Shown here one piece after another: positions 14,205-22,869 of a DNA stretch of 64,000 bases (position 1 is its first letter; each line of letters begins with the position of its first letter). The notes under the pieces were generated by a model, which worked only from the letters and a program-made list of their open reading frames with translations, searched no databases and was not told the origin of the DNA. Origin of the DNA: an uncultured delta proteobacterium (GTDB taxonomy: Bacteria; Myxococcota_A; Polyangia; Polyangiales; Polyangiaceae); contig CAWDXG010000004.1 in assembly GCA_963806225.1 (NCBI GenBank), forward strand, positions 704,001 through 768,000, in the 5' to 3' direction. The position numbers were made by a program, and so were the translations under genes.

Positions 14205-15290
14205 TCAGCGCGGAATGCGGAACCCGTCCGGAGGGACCTCGAGCCCGCTCGGCACCGTGTCGGGTCGCGACGGATCGTGGGTGCGATCGATGAGCCCCTT
14301 GTCGAGGAACATCGTGATGGCCTGAACCTCGTCGGCGGAGAGCTTCCGGCTCTGGCCCCGCTCGTGCGACCGCTCGGCCTCGTGCGCCACGGCGTCCTCG
14401 AGCTTCACCACCGAGCCGTCGTGGAAGTACGGCCCCGTCTCGCGGATGTTGCGCAACGTCGGCACGCGGAATGCGCCGCGGTCCTGCGGCTCGTTCGTCA
14501 CCTCGTAACGGCCCAGGTCGCTGCCGTCGCCGATGCCCCGATTCGCGTAGCGCTCGCTCTCGAAGCGCGGGGGCACGTGGCAGCTCGAGCAGCCCGCCTC
14601 CGCGAACAGATTCATGCCGCGGATCGACTCCGCGTTCAGCCCACCGGTGTCGCCCGCGGCGTAGCGATCGTAGTTCGCCCGCCGCGTGACGAGCGTGCGC
14701 TCGAACGCGCCCAGGGCCCGCGTCACGTCCACGTAGCTCACCGGCGCTGCTTCACGTGGAAACGCCGCCTGGAACAGCTCGACGTACTTCGGGATCGCGG
14801 ACAGATCCACGACCAGCTGCGCGGGATCGCGGTTCATCTCCACCGCGTTGGTGAGCGGCGAGTGCACCTGGCTCTCGAGCGAGTCCGCGCGGCCGTCGTC
14901 GAACAGCTGCTCGCGGTATGCGGCATTCCAGAGCGTCGGCGCGTTGCGCTGGGTGTGGTTCGGGCCGACGCGCCCCGGGCCCGTGGGGCCGGTTCCTTCG
15001 ACGCCGATCGAGCGGGGCAGGCCATCGGACATGCCCCAGATCTCGCTGTGGCAGGTCGCGCAGGCCACCTTCCGGTCCGACGACAGGATGGGGTCGTAGA
15101 ACAGCAGCCGGCCGAGCTCCGCCTTGGCATCCGTCGTGGGATTGTCGGCGGGAGCCGGCGCAACGCCCAGGAACGACCGCTTCCACGGCAGAGGCGGCCC
15201 GCTCTCGCCCGCATCGGGCGCTGGGCTGCCGCAGCCGATAGCGAGCAGCGCCGCTAGAGCTGCACCGGCGAGAGAACGGTGCCCTTGCAC
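14205..15290 (-). CDS. Di-heme cytochrome c peroxidase/MauG superfamily lipoprotein
   Basis: Lipobox AIG-C; LGRLLFYDPILS, CATCH, RNAPTLWN, CSSCH, FRVPTLRNI, TGPYFHDG, VPSGL tail. Confidence 0.88.
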   Translation of the reverse strand: MQGHRSLAGAALAALLAIGCGSPAPDAGESGPPLPWKRSFLGVAPAPADNPTTDAKAELGRLLFYDPILSSDRKVACATCHSEIWGMSDGLPRSIGVEGTGPTGPGRVGPNHTQRNAPTLWNAAYREQLFDDGRADSLESQVHSPLTNAVEMNRDPAQLVVDLSAIPKYVELFQAAFPREAAPVSYVDVTRALGAFERTLVTRRANYDRYAAGDTGGLNAESIRGMNLFAEAGCSSCHVPPRFESERYANRGIGDGSDLGRYEVTNEPQDRGAFRVPTLRNIRETGPYFHDGSVVKLEDAVAHEAERSHERGQSRKLSADEVQAITMFLDKGLIDRTHDPSRPDTVPSGLEVPPDGFRIPR

Positions 15291-16546
15291 TGGTAGGCCG
15301 TGGAATCCGTCGTGTGCTTGGTGGGATCGCTGATCCCGTCAGGTGCGTGGAAATCGCGGAACGACGGGACGTCCGTGGTGCCCAGGCACAGGCCAATGCT
15401 CTGGCCCGGCTCCTCGATGCCGTCCCAGATGACGTCCTCGAGCGGCTTGATCTTCCACAGACCGAGCAAGCTGCGCGGCGCCCCGCCGTTGCCCGTGAAG
15501 GTGTTGTCGTGGATGTAGATCGAGTGCGAGTACGGGCTGGTTTGTGGATCCGGCTGTGGCTTCGGCGTCATCAGCATGGCCACCGTGTCGAAGCTCAACA
15601 TCAGCACGCCGGTGGAGTCGTTGTTGGTGAGCGTGTTGTTGTGGATTTCCACCTCGTCGGCGGCAAGCACCAGCATGCCGGTGCCCGTAGGCACGTTCGA
15701 GACGATCGAGCCCTGCTCGGCGAAGTTCTCCCGGTTGTTGTCGTGCACCTTGTTGTCGTGCACGTTCGACTTCATCGAGTCCTTCTTGTCGAGATTGGGC
15801 AGCGCGAACACGAGGATACCCGCCGTATTGTCCCAGGATTCGTTGCCGTAGGCTTCACCGTTGGTGGTGTTCTCGAACTCGATTCCCGCCACGTTGCCGT
15901 GCACCTTGTTGTTGCGCACGATGGCGTTCGTACATTGGCCGACGTACAGCCCCGCGTCCGCCGCGCCCACGACCTCGCTGTCCTCCACCAGCACGTTGGT
16001 GCTCTGGACCGGATAGATGGCGTAGGCCCCGTTGTTCGTCACGGAACCGGCGTCCCAGCTCACCTTGATATTGCGGAAGGTGACGCCCGTGGCACCGGTC
16101 ACGACGATGCCGTCGCCGTGGCTGTTCTTCAGCGAGAGGTTTTCGACCTTGAAGCCGTCGCCGGTGACGCTGAAGGCGTCCTTGCCCTCGGTCTGCTTGT
16201 CGAAGTCGAGCACCACATCGGTGTTCTTCGAGCCGACGCCCTTCACGGTGACGTCGTTCGTCGTCAGGCTAAGCTCCTTCTTGAAGCTGTACGAGCCCGG
16301 ACAGAAGCAGATGGTGTCGCCCGATTTCGAGTTGATGAGCTCGGTCTGCACCGCCGTCGTGTCGTCACTGCCCGCGGCCAGGATCACGCTGCAGCCCGAG
16401 GTGTCCTCCCCACCGGAACAGCTGGTGACGACTCCACCCTTCCCGGAGCCGTTGTTCGCCGGCGTGCTGCCGCTGCCGCAGCCGGCTGCAAGCAGGAGCG
16501 CGACCGGGAGCAGAACAGGGCTCCGAAGCCATCTCGCGTCAGTCAT
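15254..16546 (-). CDS. Parallel beta-helix repeat lipoprotein (family that accompanies SO2930-type cytochromes)
   Basis: AGGAGGT RBS; lipobox AAG-C; GAYAIYPVQSTNVLVEDSEVVGAADAGLYVGQ, NVAGIEFEN, NTAGILVFALP repeats. Confidence 0.85.
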   Translation of the reverse strand: MTDARWLRSPVLLPVALLLAAGCGSGSTPANNGSGKGGVVTSCSGGEDTSGCSVILAAGSDDTTAVQTELINSKSGDTICFCPGSYSFKKELSLTTNDVTVKGVGSKNTDVVLDFDKQTEGKDAFSVTGDGFKVENLSLKNSHGDGIVVTGATGVTFRNIKVSWDAGSVTNNGAYAIYPVQSTNVLVEDSEVVGAADAGLYVGQCTNAIVRNNKVHGNVAGIEFENTTNGEAYGNESWDNTAGILVFALPNLDKKDSMKSNVHDNKVHDNNRENFAEQGSIVSNVPTGTGMLVLAADEVEIHNNTLTNNDSTGVLMLSFDTVAMLMTPKPQPDPQTSPYSHSIYIHDNTFTGNGGAPRSLLGLWKIKPLEDVIWDGIEEPGQSIGLCLGTTDVPSFRDFHAPDGISDPTKHTTDSTAYQCKGTVLSPVQL

Positions 16547-16700
16547 CGACGAAACCTCCTGGGTCGTGGCCGGCGTGGGCCCCCTCCGGACGCCGCGCCG
16601 AACGCGCAGCATAGCTTCTGTATTGGCACGGAGCGACCGCCGCGCCACCCTACACGTTCCCGCAGCGAAAAACGTGGGCCCGGAGCGATCCCGGCCGGCT

Positions 16701-17273
16701 TCAGCGGAACTGGTAGGCGGCGGCCAGCCCGAAGTGCTTGCGGATGTTGTAGTACTTGAAGCCCTGCCAGCTGACCTGGGTCTCGGCGCGCAGGATGAAC
16801 CCGCCCTTGATGCGCGCGCTCAAGCCACCGGTGAAGCCCCCGACCGGATCGATTCCCCAGTTGGCGATGCGTGGGCCGCCGTACAGCCACGTCTGATCGA
16901 AGATCCGGAACGCCAGCGGCAGTGACGCCCCGAGCCAGGCGAAGCCGGCCTCGCCTTCCACACCGGCAACGAAGTCGGAGCTGCGCAGGTAGTTGATGCG
17001 CACGGCGCCGCCCGCGCCCGCCGCACCGGTGTCGAACACGGTGATGCCGGACAGCGACAGCCAACGGGTCGGCTCGCCAGTGACCCAGAGCTGCCCCGCT
17101 CCGCGCGCCGGTTCGCTGACGTACGGGCGCTTCGTGACCATCGCGGCGCCGACGCCGACCTCGAGGCTGCGGTCGTCCATGAGACCCGACGCCGGTCGGA
17201 AGCTGGCGAGCGGCGCGCAGCCACAGAGCAGCGACAGGATGGACAGGAGGAGAACCAGAAACGTCGACTTCAA
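16701..17273 (-). CDS. Hypothetical exported protein, probable small outer-membrane beta-barrel or lipoprotein
   Basis: Hydrophobic N-terminus ending LCG-C; alternating amphipathic strands; C-terminal AAAYQFR; TTG start uncertain. Confidence 0.55.
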   Translation of the reverse strand: MKSTFLVLLLSILSLLCGCAPLASFRPASGLMDDRSLEVGVGAAMVTKRPYVSEPARGAGQLWVTGEPTRWLSLSGITVFDTGAAGAGGAVRINYLRSSDFVAGVEGEAGFAWLGASLPLAFRIFDQTWLYGGPRIANWGIDPVGGFTGGLSARIKGGFILRAETQVSWQGFKYYNIRKHFGLAAAYQFR

Positions 17274-17375
17274 ATGCTACTGATTCCGATCCCCCCGCGG
17301 ACATGAAGATAGCGGCAGCGCGCGAACGCGCAACGCATCCCGCGTCGTTGTGGCGGTCGCGCAATGTCCGCGTTG

Positions 17376-17413
17376 GCGCAAAGCACACGAAATTATTTCG
17401 TCGCACTTTGCGC
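17376..17413. promoter_or_regulatory. Palindromic operator-like site in a divergent intergenic region
   Basis: GCGCAAAG-CAC-ACGAAAT-T-ATTTCGT-CGCA-CTTTGCGC: perfect 7-bp inner arms and 8-bp outer arms, AT-rich in a GC-rich background. Confidence 0.55.
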
Positions 17414-17453
17414 GCGCGTGGATTTGACCAGACGCCGATCGAATGACAGCTTC

Positions 17454-18278
17454 ATGCTTCGCATGCTTCGCGCTTCGTTCTGGGCGATCGCTTCTCTCCT
17501 GCTCGTTGTCGGGTGCGGTCCGCGCCCACTGGAGCCACGCGATCCGACACCCGGCGTCCCGCACTTCACGGTCAAGACGTTCAACGTCGCGACCGGCAAG
17601 CACGACGACGCCGCCACCGTAAGCGCGGTTGGCCAGGACAACGCGGACATCGTGTGCCTGCAGGAGACGACGCCCGAGTGGGAAGCAGTGCTCCAGGCGC
17701 GCTACGGAAAACAGTACCCGTACCAGCTGTACAAGCCCACGCCTGGCGCCGCCGGGCTCGCCGTGCTGTCCCGCTATCCGGTGCTGGATGCCGGCTGGCT
17801 CTGGGCGCCCAACGCCTGGCATCCGGCCTGGCACGTGCTGGTGAAGACTCCCGCGGGCTGGCTGCAGATCCTCGACGTCCACCTCAGGGCGATGACCGAC
17901 GGGAACGGCGGGACGATGAACTCGTATCTGACGACCTCGGGCGATCACCGCTACGAGATCAAGTCGTTCACCGCCGATCTGACCAAGGACATCCCTACCC
18001 TGATCATGGGCGACTTCAACGAGTCGCCCGACGGTGCAGCGGTGCGCTACCTCGAAGACGAGGGCTACCAGAACGTGCTGCCGCTCTTCCATCCGGGCCA
18101 GCCGACGTGGCGACACGCGGGTGTCGCGGGACAGTTCCAGACGACGCTCGATCACATCCTGTTCGACGGGTCGCTGGAGCCACTGAACGCCTGGGTGATC
18201 AACGAAGGCCACTCCGACCACCTGCCCGTGATGGCGCACTTCCAGGCTGCCTACGACTGGCAGAGCAGCGGTCCGTAG
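17454..18278 (+). CDS. Endonuclease/exonuclease/phosphatase (EEP) family lipoprotein
   Basis: Lipobox VVG-C; TFNV, DIVCLQE, LSRYP, MGDFNE, LDHILF, SDHLPV. Confidence 0.88.
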   Translation: MLRMLRASFWAIASLLLVVGCGPRPLEPRDPTPGVPHFTVKTFNVATGKHDDAATVSAVGQDNADIVCLQETTPEWEAVLQARYGKQYPYQLYKPTPGAAGLAVLSRYPVLDAGWLWAPNAWHPAWHVLVKTPAGWLQILDVHLRAMTDGNGGTMNSYLTTSGDHRYEIKSFTADLTKDIPTLIMGDFNESPDGAAVRYLEDEGYQNVLPLFHPGQPTWRHAGVAGQFQTTLDHILFDGSLEPLNAWVINEGHSDHLPVMAHFQAAYDWQSSGP

Positions 18279-18302
18279 CTCGGCGCGCCGGGCCGCCGCA
18301 GG

Positions 18303-19934
18303 CTAGAAGCGGAAACCGAGCTCGATCGCCAGGCGACGGTCCCAGCGCGACTCGGAGAGCGGCGCCATCTGGCTATGACGCCACATCTGCCAGCCGTGCA
18401 GGCCGAGGTGCACCGGCGTTCGCGGCGGCGTGTAGCCCACCCAGGCCTCGCCTTCGACCATCTGGTCGCGGTTGTGGAGGTCACGGTAGACCGTCTGCTG
18501 CTCCCGATCCGCACCGTCGAGCGAGTCGTACAGACCGACGCCGCCGCGGCCGCCGAGGTCCAGTCCGCCATACGAGAGGCGGGCACCGACCCGTCCGGAA
18601 GTGCCGATCGCGAAGTAGTAGCTGTGCTTCTGCAGCACGGTTTTCGTGCCCGCGGAGCCGAAGAGCTTTTCCCACTCGCGATACGGCAGCGAACGGACGC
18701 CCGCGAAGTCGATGCTGACGCTCGCATCGAGCCGGAGCAGTGCGCCGCCGGCAGCGAACCACCACTTGGCCGAGGGCCCGATCAGATGGGCGAGCGCCAG
18801 CGTGTCGTCGCGGCCAAGCGACCAGCTGTCGATCACGCGTACCGCGCTGGCCACGGCGTACATGGACGCGTCGCCCGAGACCCCGGAAGCCGCCGGCTGG
18901 ATATCCTGGGAGTAGTAGCCGGCCAGATCCGCCTCGAAGTACAGATCCAGATCCGCCCAGCCGCTGGAGTCGAAGCCGAGGCGCGTGCGCATGTTGGTGA
19001 AGTTGCCGTTGCCGAAATCGGTCGAGAAGCGCCCCGGCCTGAGAAAGCCCGGCATCGAAACGATGCGCGCGTCGAACTTCACGTCGTGCTCGAGACCCGA
19101 ACGACCCTGGTCGTTGTCCGCGGCGGCAAACCCGTAGCCTAGGTCGAAACGGTGCGAGTAGGCCGTGCTGAAACCGAGATTGTCCGCGGGCAACGCGGGC
19201 GGCAGACGCTCGCCATCCAGCCGGTTGTGGATGTAGCGCGGGAAGCCGAGTGTCGCAGCCGCGATCTGGTTTCCGACGCCGCCCCCTTCCGGCGCGCTGT
19301 TCAGGTAGTTGCCGAACTGATTGAACCATTCGCCCGGCGCGAACCCGCCCATCGGCGTGTAGACGAGGTCGTTGATGCTGACCTTCTCCAGCCACTCCAG
19401 ACCCCACTCGAACACGGCCGAGGTCGAGAACGAGTAGAGGAGCGAGGCCGGAACCGAGAGGCCGTTGGCCCGCGCGAACGAGTAGTACCCGGTGCCGGAC
19501 GCAGCGTGCAGAACGTGGTTCGTGATGAAGAGGTTGTTATCGAAGCGTATGGCCTCGCCGGTGAAGCGCTGCGAGATGTCCGGGAAGTCCCAGTCCTCCT
19601 TGTTCTGCTCGGCCTTGACCCAGTAGTAGACGAGACCCGAGCCGAGCAGCCCGAACATCTCGGCCGCCGCTCTGACGTAGTGCGGCTTGTAGCGTTGTCT
19701 GGAAGCCCATTCGTCGTAGGTCCGCGCGAAGGATCTGCGCGCCCCGCCGGCATCTAGAAAGTAGCCGTCCGGCAACAGTGTCGACCCGAGCGCACGGTCG
19801 CCCACGGCGGGCGCGGCAGAATGCACCGGCGTCGCATTGGGGACGGCAGGCGCGGCGGCCGCAGCCGGGCCAGCTGCCAGCCCGATCGCCACGACGACCG
19901 CTCCGGAAAGCCCATGATGGTGGAGAATCGCCAT
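18303..19934 (-). CDS. DUF3943-like outer-membrane protein
   Basis: Signal peptide; FDNNLFITNHVLH...YYSFARANG...FEWGLE...SINDLVYTPMGG; beta-strand-rich C-terminal half ending LGFRF. Confidence 0.7.
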   Translation of the reverse strand: MAILHHHGLSGAVVVAIGLAAGPAAAAAPAVPNATPVHSAAPAVGDRALGSTLLPDGYFLDAGGARRSFARTYDEWASRQRYKPHYVRAAAEMFGLLGSGLVYYWVKAEQNKEDWDFPDISQRFTGEAIRFDNNLFITNHVLHAASGTGYYSFARANGLSVPASLLYSFSTSAVFEWGLEWLEKVSINDLVYTPMGGFAPGEWFNQFGNYLNSAPEGGGVGNQIAAATLGFPRYIHNRLDGERLPPALPADNLGFSTAYSHRFDLGYGFAAADNDQGRSGLEHDVKFDARIVSMPGFLRPGRFSTDFGNGNFTNMRTRLGFDSSGWADLDLYFEADLAGYYSQDIQPAASGVSGDASMYAVASAVRVIDSWSLGRDDTLALAHLIGPSAKWWFAAGGALLRLDASVSIDFAGVRSLPYREWEKLFGSAGTKTVLQKHSYYFAIGTSGRVGARLSYGGLDLGGRGGVGLYDSLDGADREQQTVYRDLHNRDQMVEGEAWVGYTPPRTPVHLGLHGWQMWRHSQMAPLSESRWDRRLAIELGFRF

Positions 19935-20072
19935 ACGCCGGGTGTTCCCGACACACCCGCCTAGCTGCACCCCGCGTGCCACCGCGTTGCCGCGCTGGAC
20001 CTGGGGTCTTGCGCATGGAACGGCGCACCTTCTGCGCGTGAGCCCGCGCGGAGCCGCACCGGATGCGGTCGT

Positions 20073-21575
20073 TCACGGAGCTTCGAGGGAGCGTGTCCGG
20101 ACCCCGTCCGGCGTGAGCAGGAGCTCACCGGGGCCGAGCCCGCGCTCCCGGCGCCAGTCCTGGCGGAAGCTCGCATTTTCCCGTCCGAGCCCGGTCGCCG
20201 GCGTGTCGCCGAAGACGAATTCGCGGTGGATACGGTGCCAGTTCGCCTCGGCTCCGAGCTCCGTCAGGACCGAGTACACGCCCCACTGGATGCGGTTCAC
20301 GAACACGAAGTGGCGCGGCATGTTGAGCTTCTTCGAAAAGCCGGCGAAGCGCCCCTCGGGCGCGAACACCATGCGGAACGAGCGACGCGTGTACTCGTGG
20401 GTGAAGCGGAACACGCGGTCCTCACGGAACGGTTCGTAGAAGTAGCCGAAGTACTCGTACAGGTCGTCGGTCGCGAGGTCGCTGTCGGGCTTCAGGAACT
20501 CGAACTCGACGAGCAGCTCGCGGAACTCCTCCGGGCGCCCGGAGAGGTGCGCCGCCATCAGCTGCTTCCAGCGCACCAGCATGTCCGGCGGGAAGTACTT
20601 CACGCAGCCGAAGTCGAGGAACACGATGCGACCCTCGTCGTCGAACAGGTAGTTGCCCGGGTGAGGGTCGCCGTTGAACACGCCGAACTCGAACACGCAA
20701 CCGAGGATGAAGCGGTAGAGGATCTCGCCGTAGCGATCCCTTTCCGCCTGCGGCAGCTCGAGCACCTCCAGAAAGCGCCGCGCCCGGACGAGGTCGCTGG
20801 TCAGCACGCGAGACGTGGAATAGTCGGGGTGGACCCGAGGCACGCGCATGAACGGGTGACCGTCGAACAGGTCGGCGAAGGCGGCCTGGCTCCTCGCCTC
20901 CAGCTCGTAGTCGAGCTCCTCGCCAATACGCGCCCTGAGCTCGTCGACCACCGGCTTCGGGTCGAGCGCTGAATACAGCATCCCCATCATGCCGTAGAGC
21001 ATGTCGGCGTTGTCGAGGTCGGCCCTGATCGCCTCGGCCACGCCGGGGTACTGCACCTTGACCACGACGTCCTCGCCGGTTGGAAGCTCGGCGCGATGGA
21101 CCTGGCCAATGGACGCCGCAGCGAGCGGCTCGTGCTCGAAGCGGGCGAATGCGCGCTCGAGCGGGCGCCCGAGCTCCTGCTCGACAACGTTGCGGATCAG
21201 CGGGAAGTCCATCCCCGGCGCCGAAGCCTGCAGCGACGACAGCGCCAGGCGGTATTCGGCCGGCACATCGTCGCTCACGAACGACAGCATCTGGCCGAGC
21301 TTCATCAGCGCGCCCTTCATGTGGCCCATTTCCTCGGCGACCCGCTCCGCGTCGGCGCGCCGGCGCGCTTCGTCGATGCGTGCCCGCCCCTCCGCGTCGG
21401 CGAACAGGCGTCTGAGCCCCGCACCCAGGCGGCTAGTGGCAAGCCGCGCGGCGAGCCGGCCGAGGCGGGTGATGCGCCCGGCCCGCGCCCTGGACCAGCC
21501 GCTGGGCCACAAGACGAGCAGCGCGACGGCGATCGCCGCGACCAGGACCACGCCAGAGGCAAGCCAGAGCCTCAT
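20073..21575 (-). CDS. ABC1/AarF/UbiB family atypical kinase with N-terminal TM helix
   Basis: [44 protein letters not shown]. Confidence 0.9.
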   Translation of the reverse strand: MRLWLASGVVLVAAIAVALLVLWPSGWSRARAGRITRLGRLAARLATSRLGAGLRRLFADAEGRARIDEARRRADAERVAEEMGHMKGALMKLGQMLSFVSDDVPAEYRLALSSLQASAPGMDFPLIRNVVEQELGRPLERAFARFEHEPLAAASIGQVHRAELPTGEDVVVKVQYPGVAEAIRADLDNADMLYGMMGMLYSALDPKPVVDELRARIGEELDYELEARSQAAFADLFDGHPFMRVPRVHPDYSTSRVLTSDLVRARRFLEVLELPQAERDRYGEILYRFILGCVFEFGVFNGDPHPGNYLFDDEGRIVFLDFGCVKYFPPDMLVRWKQLMAAHLSGRPEEFRELLVEFEFLKPDSDLATDDLYEYFGYFYEPFREDRVFRFTHEYTRRSFRMVFAPEGRFAGFSKKLNMPRHFVFVNRIQWGVYSVLTELGAEANWHRIHREFVFGDTPATGLGRENASFRQDWRRERGLGPGELLLTPDGVRTRSLEAP

Positions 21576-21682
21576 CGGCGGCCTCGGGTGGACATGGCGT
21601 CTGTTTCCTAGGCCTGGACGCACGCCGCGTAAAGACCGCCAGATGGCGGCAAGCCGCAATCCTGCCTATATAGACGACGACG

Positions 21683-22864
21683 ATGTCGCGCGTGTTGTCA
21701 TTTGCCCTGTTCTTCCTGGTGGCGCTCGCGATCACCGGCGCCGTCCACTACTACCTCTGGGCGCGGCTGGTGCGTGACGTCGACCTCGGGCCAGTCCCGT
21801 TCCGGCTCTTGACGGGGCTCTTCATCACGCTCTTTCTCAGCGTGCCACTCACCTTCGCGCTGTCGACGACGCTGCCCGCGGAAAGCGCGCGGCCCATCCT
21901 GCTTTGCACCTACAGCTGGATGGGCCTGATGTTCTTCCTGCTGGTGCTGGTCGCCGGAACCGATCTGGTGCGCGTGGTGGTGCGGGTCGGTGAGCTCGCC
22001 ACGGGCCGGCCGCCGCTGGATCCCGGCAGGCGGCTGACCCTGGCGCGGCTTCTGGCCGGTGGCGTAGCGCTGATCACCGCCGGCATGGGAGCGGCGGCCG
22101 TGCGCGGGGGCCTGGGCCGCGTGAGCGTTCGCGAGCTCCGCATCCGCCTCGGACGGCTGCCGCGGGAGCTCAACGGCCTGACCATCGTACAGCTCAGCGA
22201 CATCCACCTCGGGCCCACGCTGGGGCGGGAGTTCATGCAGGACATCGTGGCGCGCACCAACGCGCTCGAGCCGGATGTGATTGCGATCACCGGCGATCTG
22301 GTGGACGGCTCGGTCGAGCATCTGCGCGAGCACGTCGCGCCGCTCGCCGAGCTGCGCGCGCCGCACGGCGTATTCTTCGTGACCGGCAATCACGAATACT
22401 ACTCCGGGCCCGTCGCCTGGTGCCGCGAGCTCGAGCGGCTCGGCATCCGCGTGCTCCGCAACGAGCGCGTCAGCATCGGCAACGGCAACGCGAGCTTCGA
22501 CCTGGCCGGCACCGACGACTACAACGCGGCGCGCTTCGGCCACGGGCACGGCGAGGATCTGGAGCGGGCCCTGGCGGGCCGCGACGAGAGCCGCGAGCTC
22601 GTGCTGCTCGCGCACCAGCCTCGCACCATCAAGGAAGCGAAGGGCTACGGCGTGGGACTGCAGCTCTCCGGCCATACCCACGGCGGGCAGCTCTGGCCCT
22701 GGAACTACCTCGTGTACCTGCAGCAGCCGGTCGTTTCGGGCCTCGCGCGTTTCGGTCGCTCGCAGGTCTACGTCAGCAACGGCACCGGCTACTGGGGTCC
22801 GCCCATGCGCCTGGGCGCGCCGGCGGAGATCACGCGCGTGACGCTCGAGGCGGGACCGGCGTAG
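21683..22864 (+). CDS. Membrane-anchored metallophosphoesterase (YkuE/YaeI-like)
   Basis: N-terminal TM helices; SDIH, TGDLVD, TGNHE, LAHQP, SGHTHGGQ, GYWGPPMR. Confidence 0.9.
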   Translation: MSRVLSFALFFLVALAITGAVHYYLWARLVRDVDLGPVPFRLLTGLFITLFLSVPLTFALSTTLPAESARPILLCTYSWMGLMFFLLVLVAGTDLVRVVVRVGELATGRPPLDPGRRLTLARLLAGGVALITAGMGAAAVRGGLGRVSVRELRIRLGRLPRELNGLTIVQLSDIHLGPTLGREFMQDIVARTNALEPDVIAITGDLVDGSVEHLREHVAPLAELRAPHGVFFVTGNHEYYSGPVAWCRELERLGIRVLRNERVSIGNGNASFDLAGTDDYNAARFGHGHGEDLERALAGRDESRELVLLAHQPRTIKEAKGYGVGLQLSGHTHGGQLWPWNYLVYLQQPVVSGLARFGRSQVYVSNGTGYWGPPMRLGAPAEITRVTLEAGPA

Positions 22865-22869
22865 TCCCT

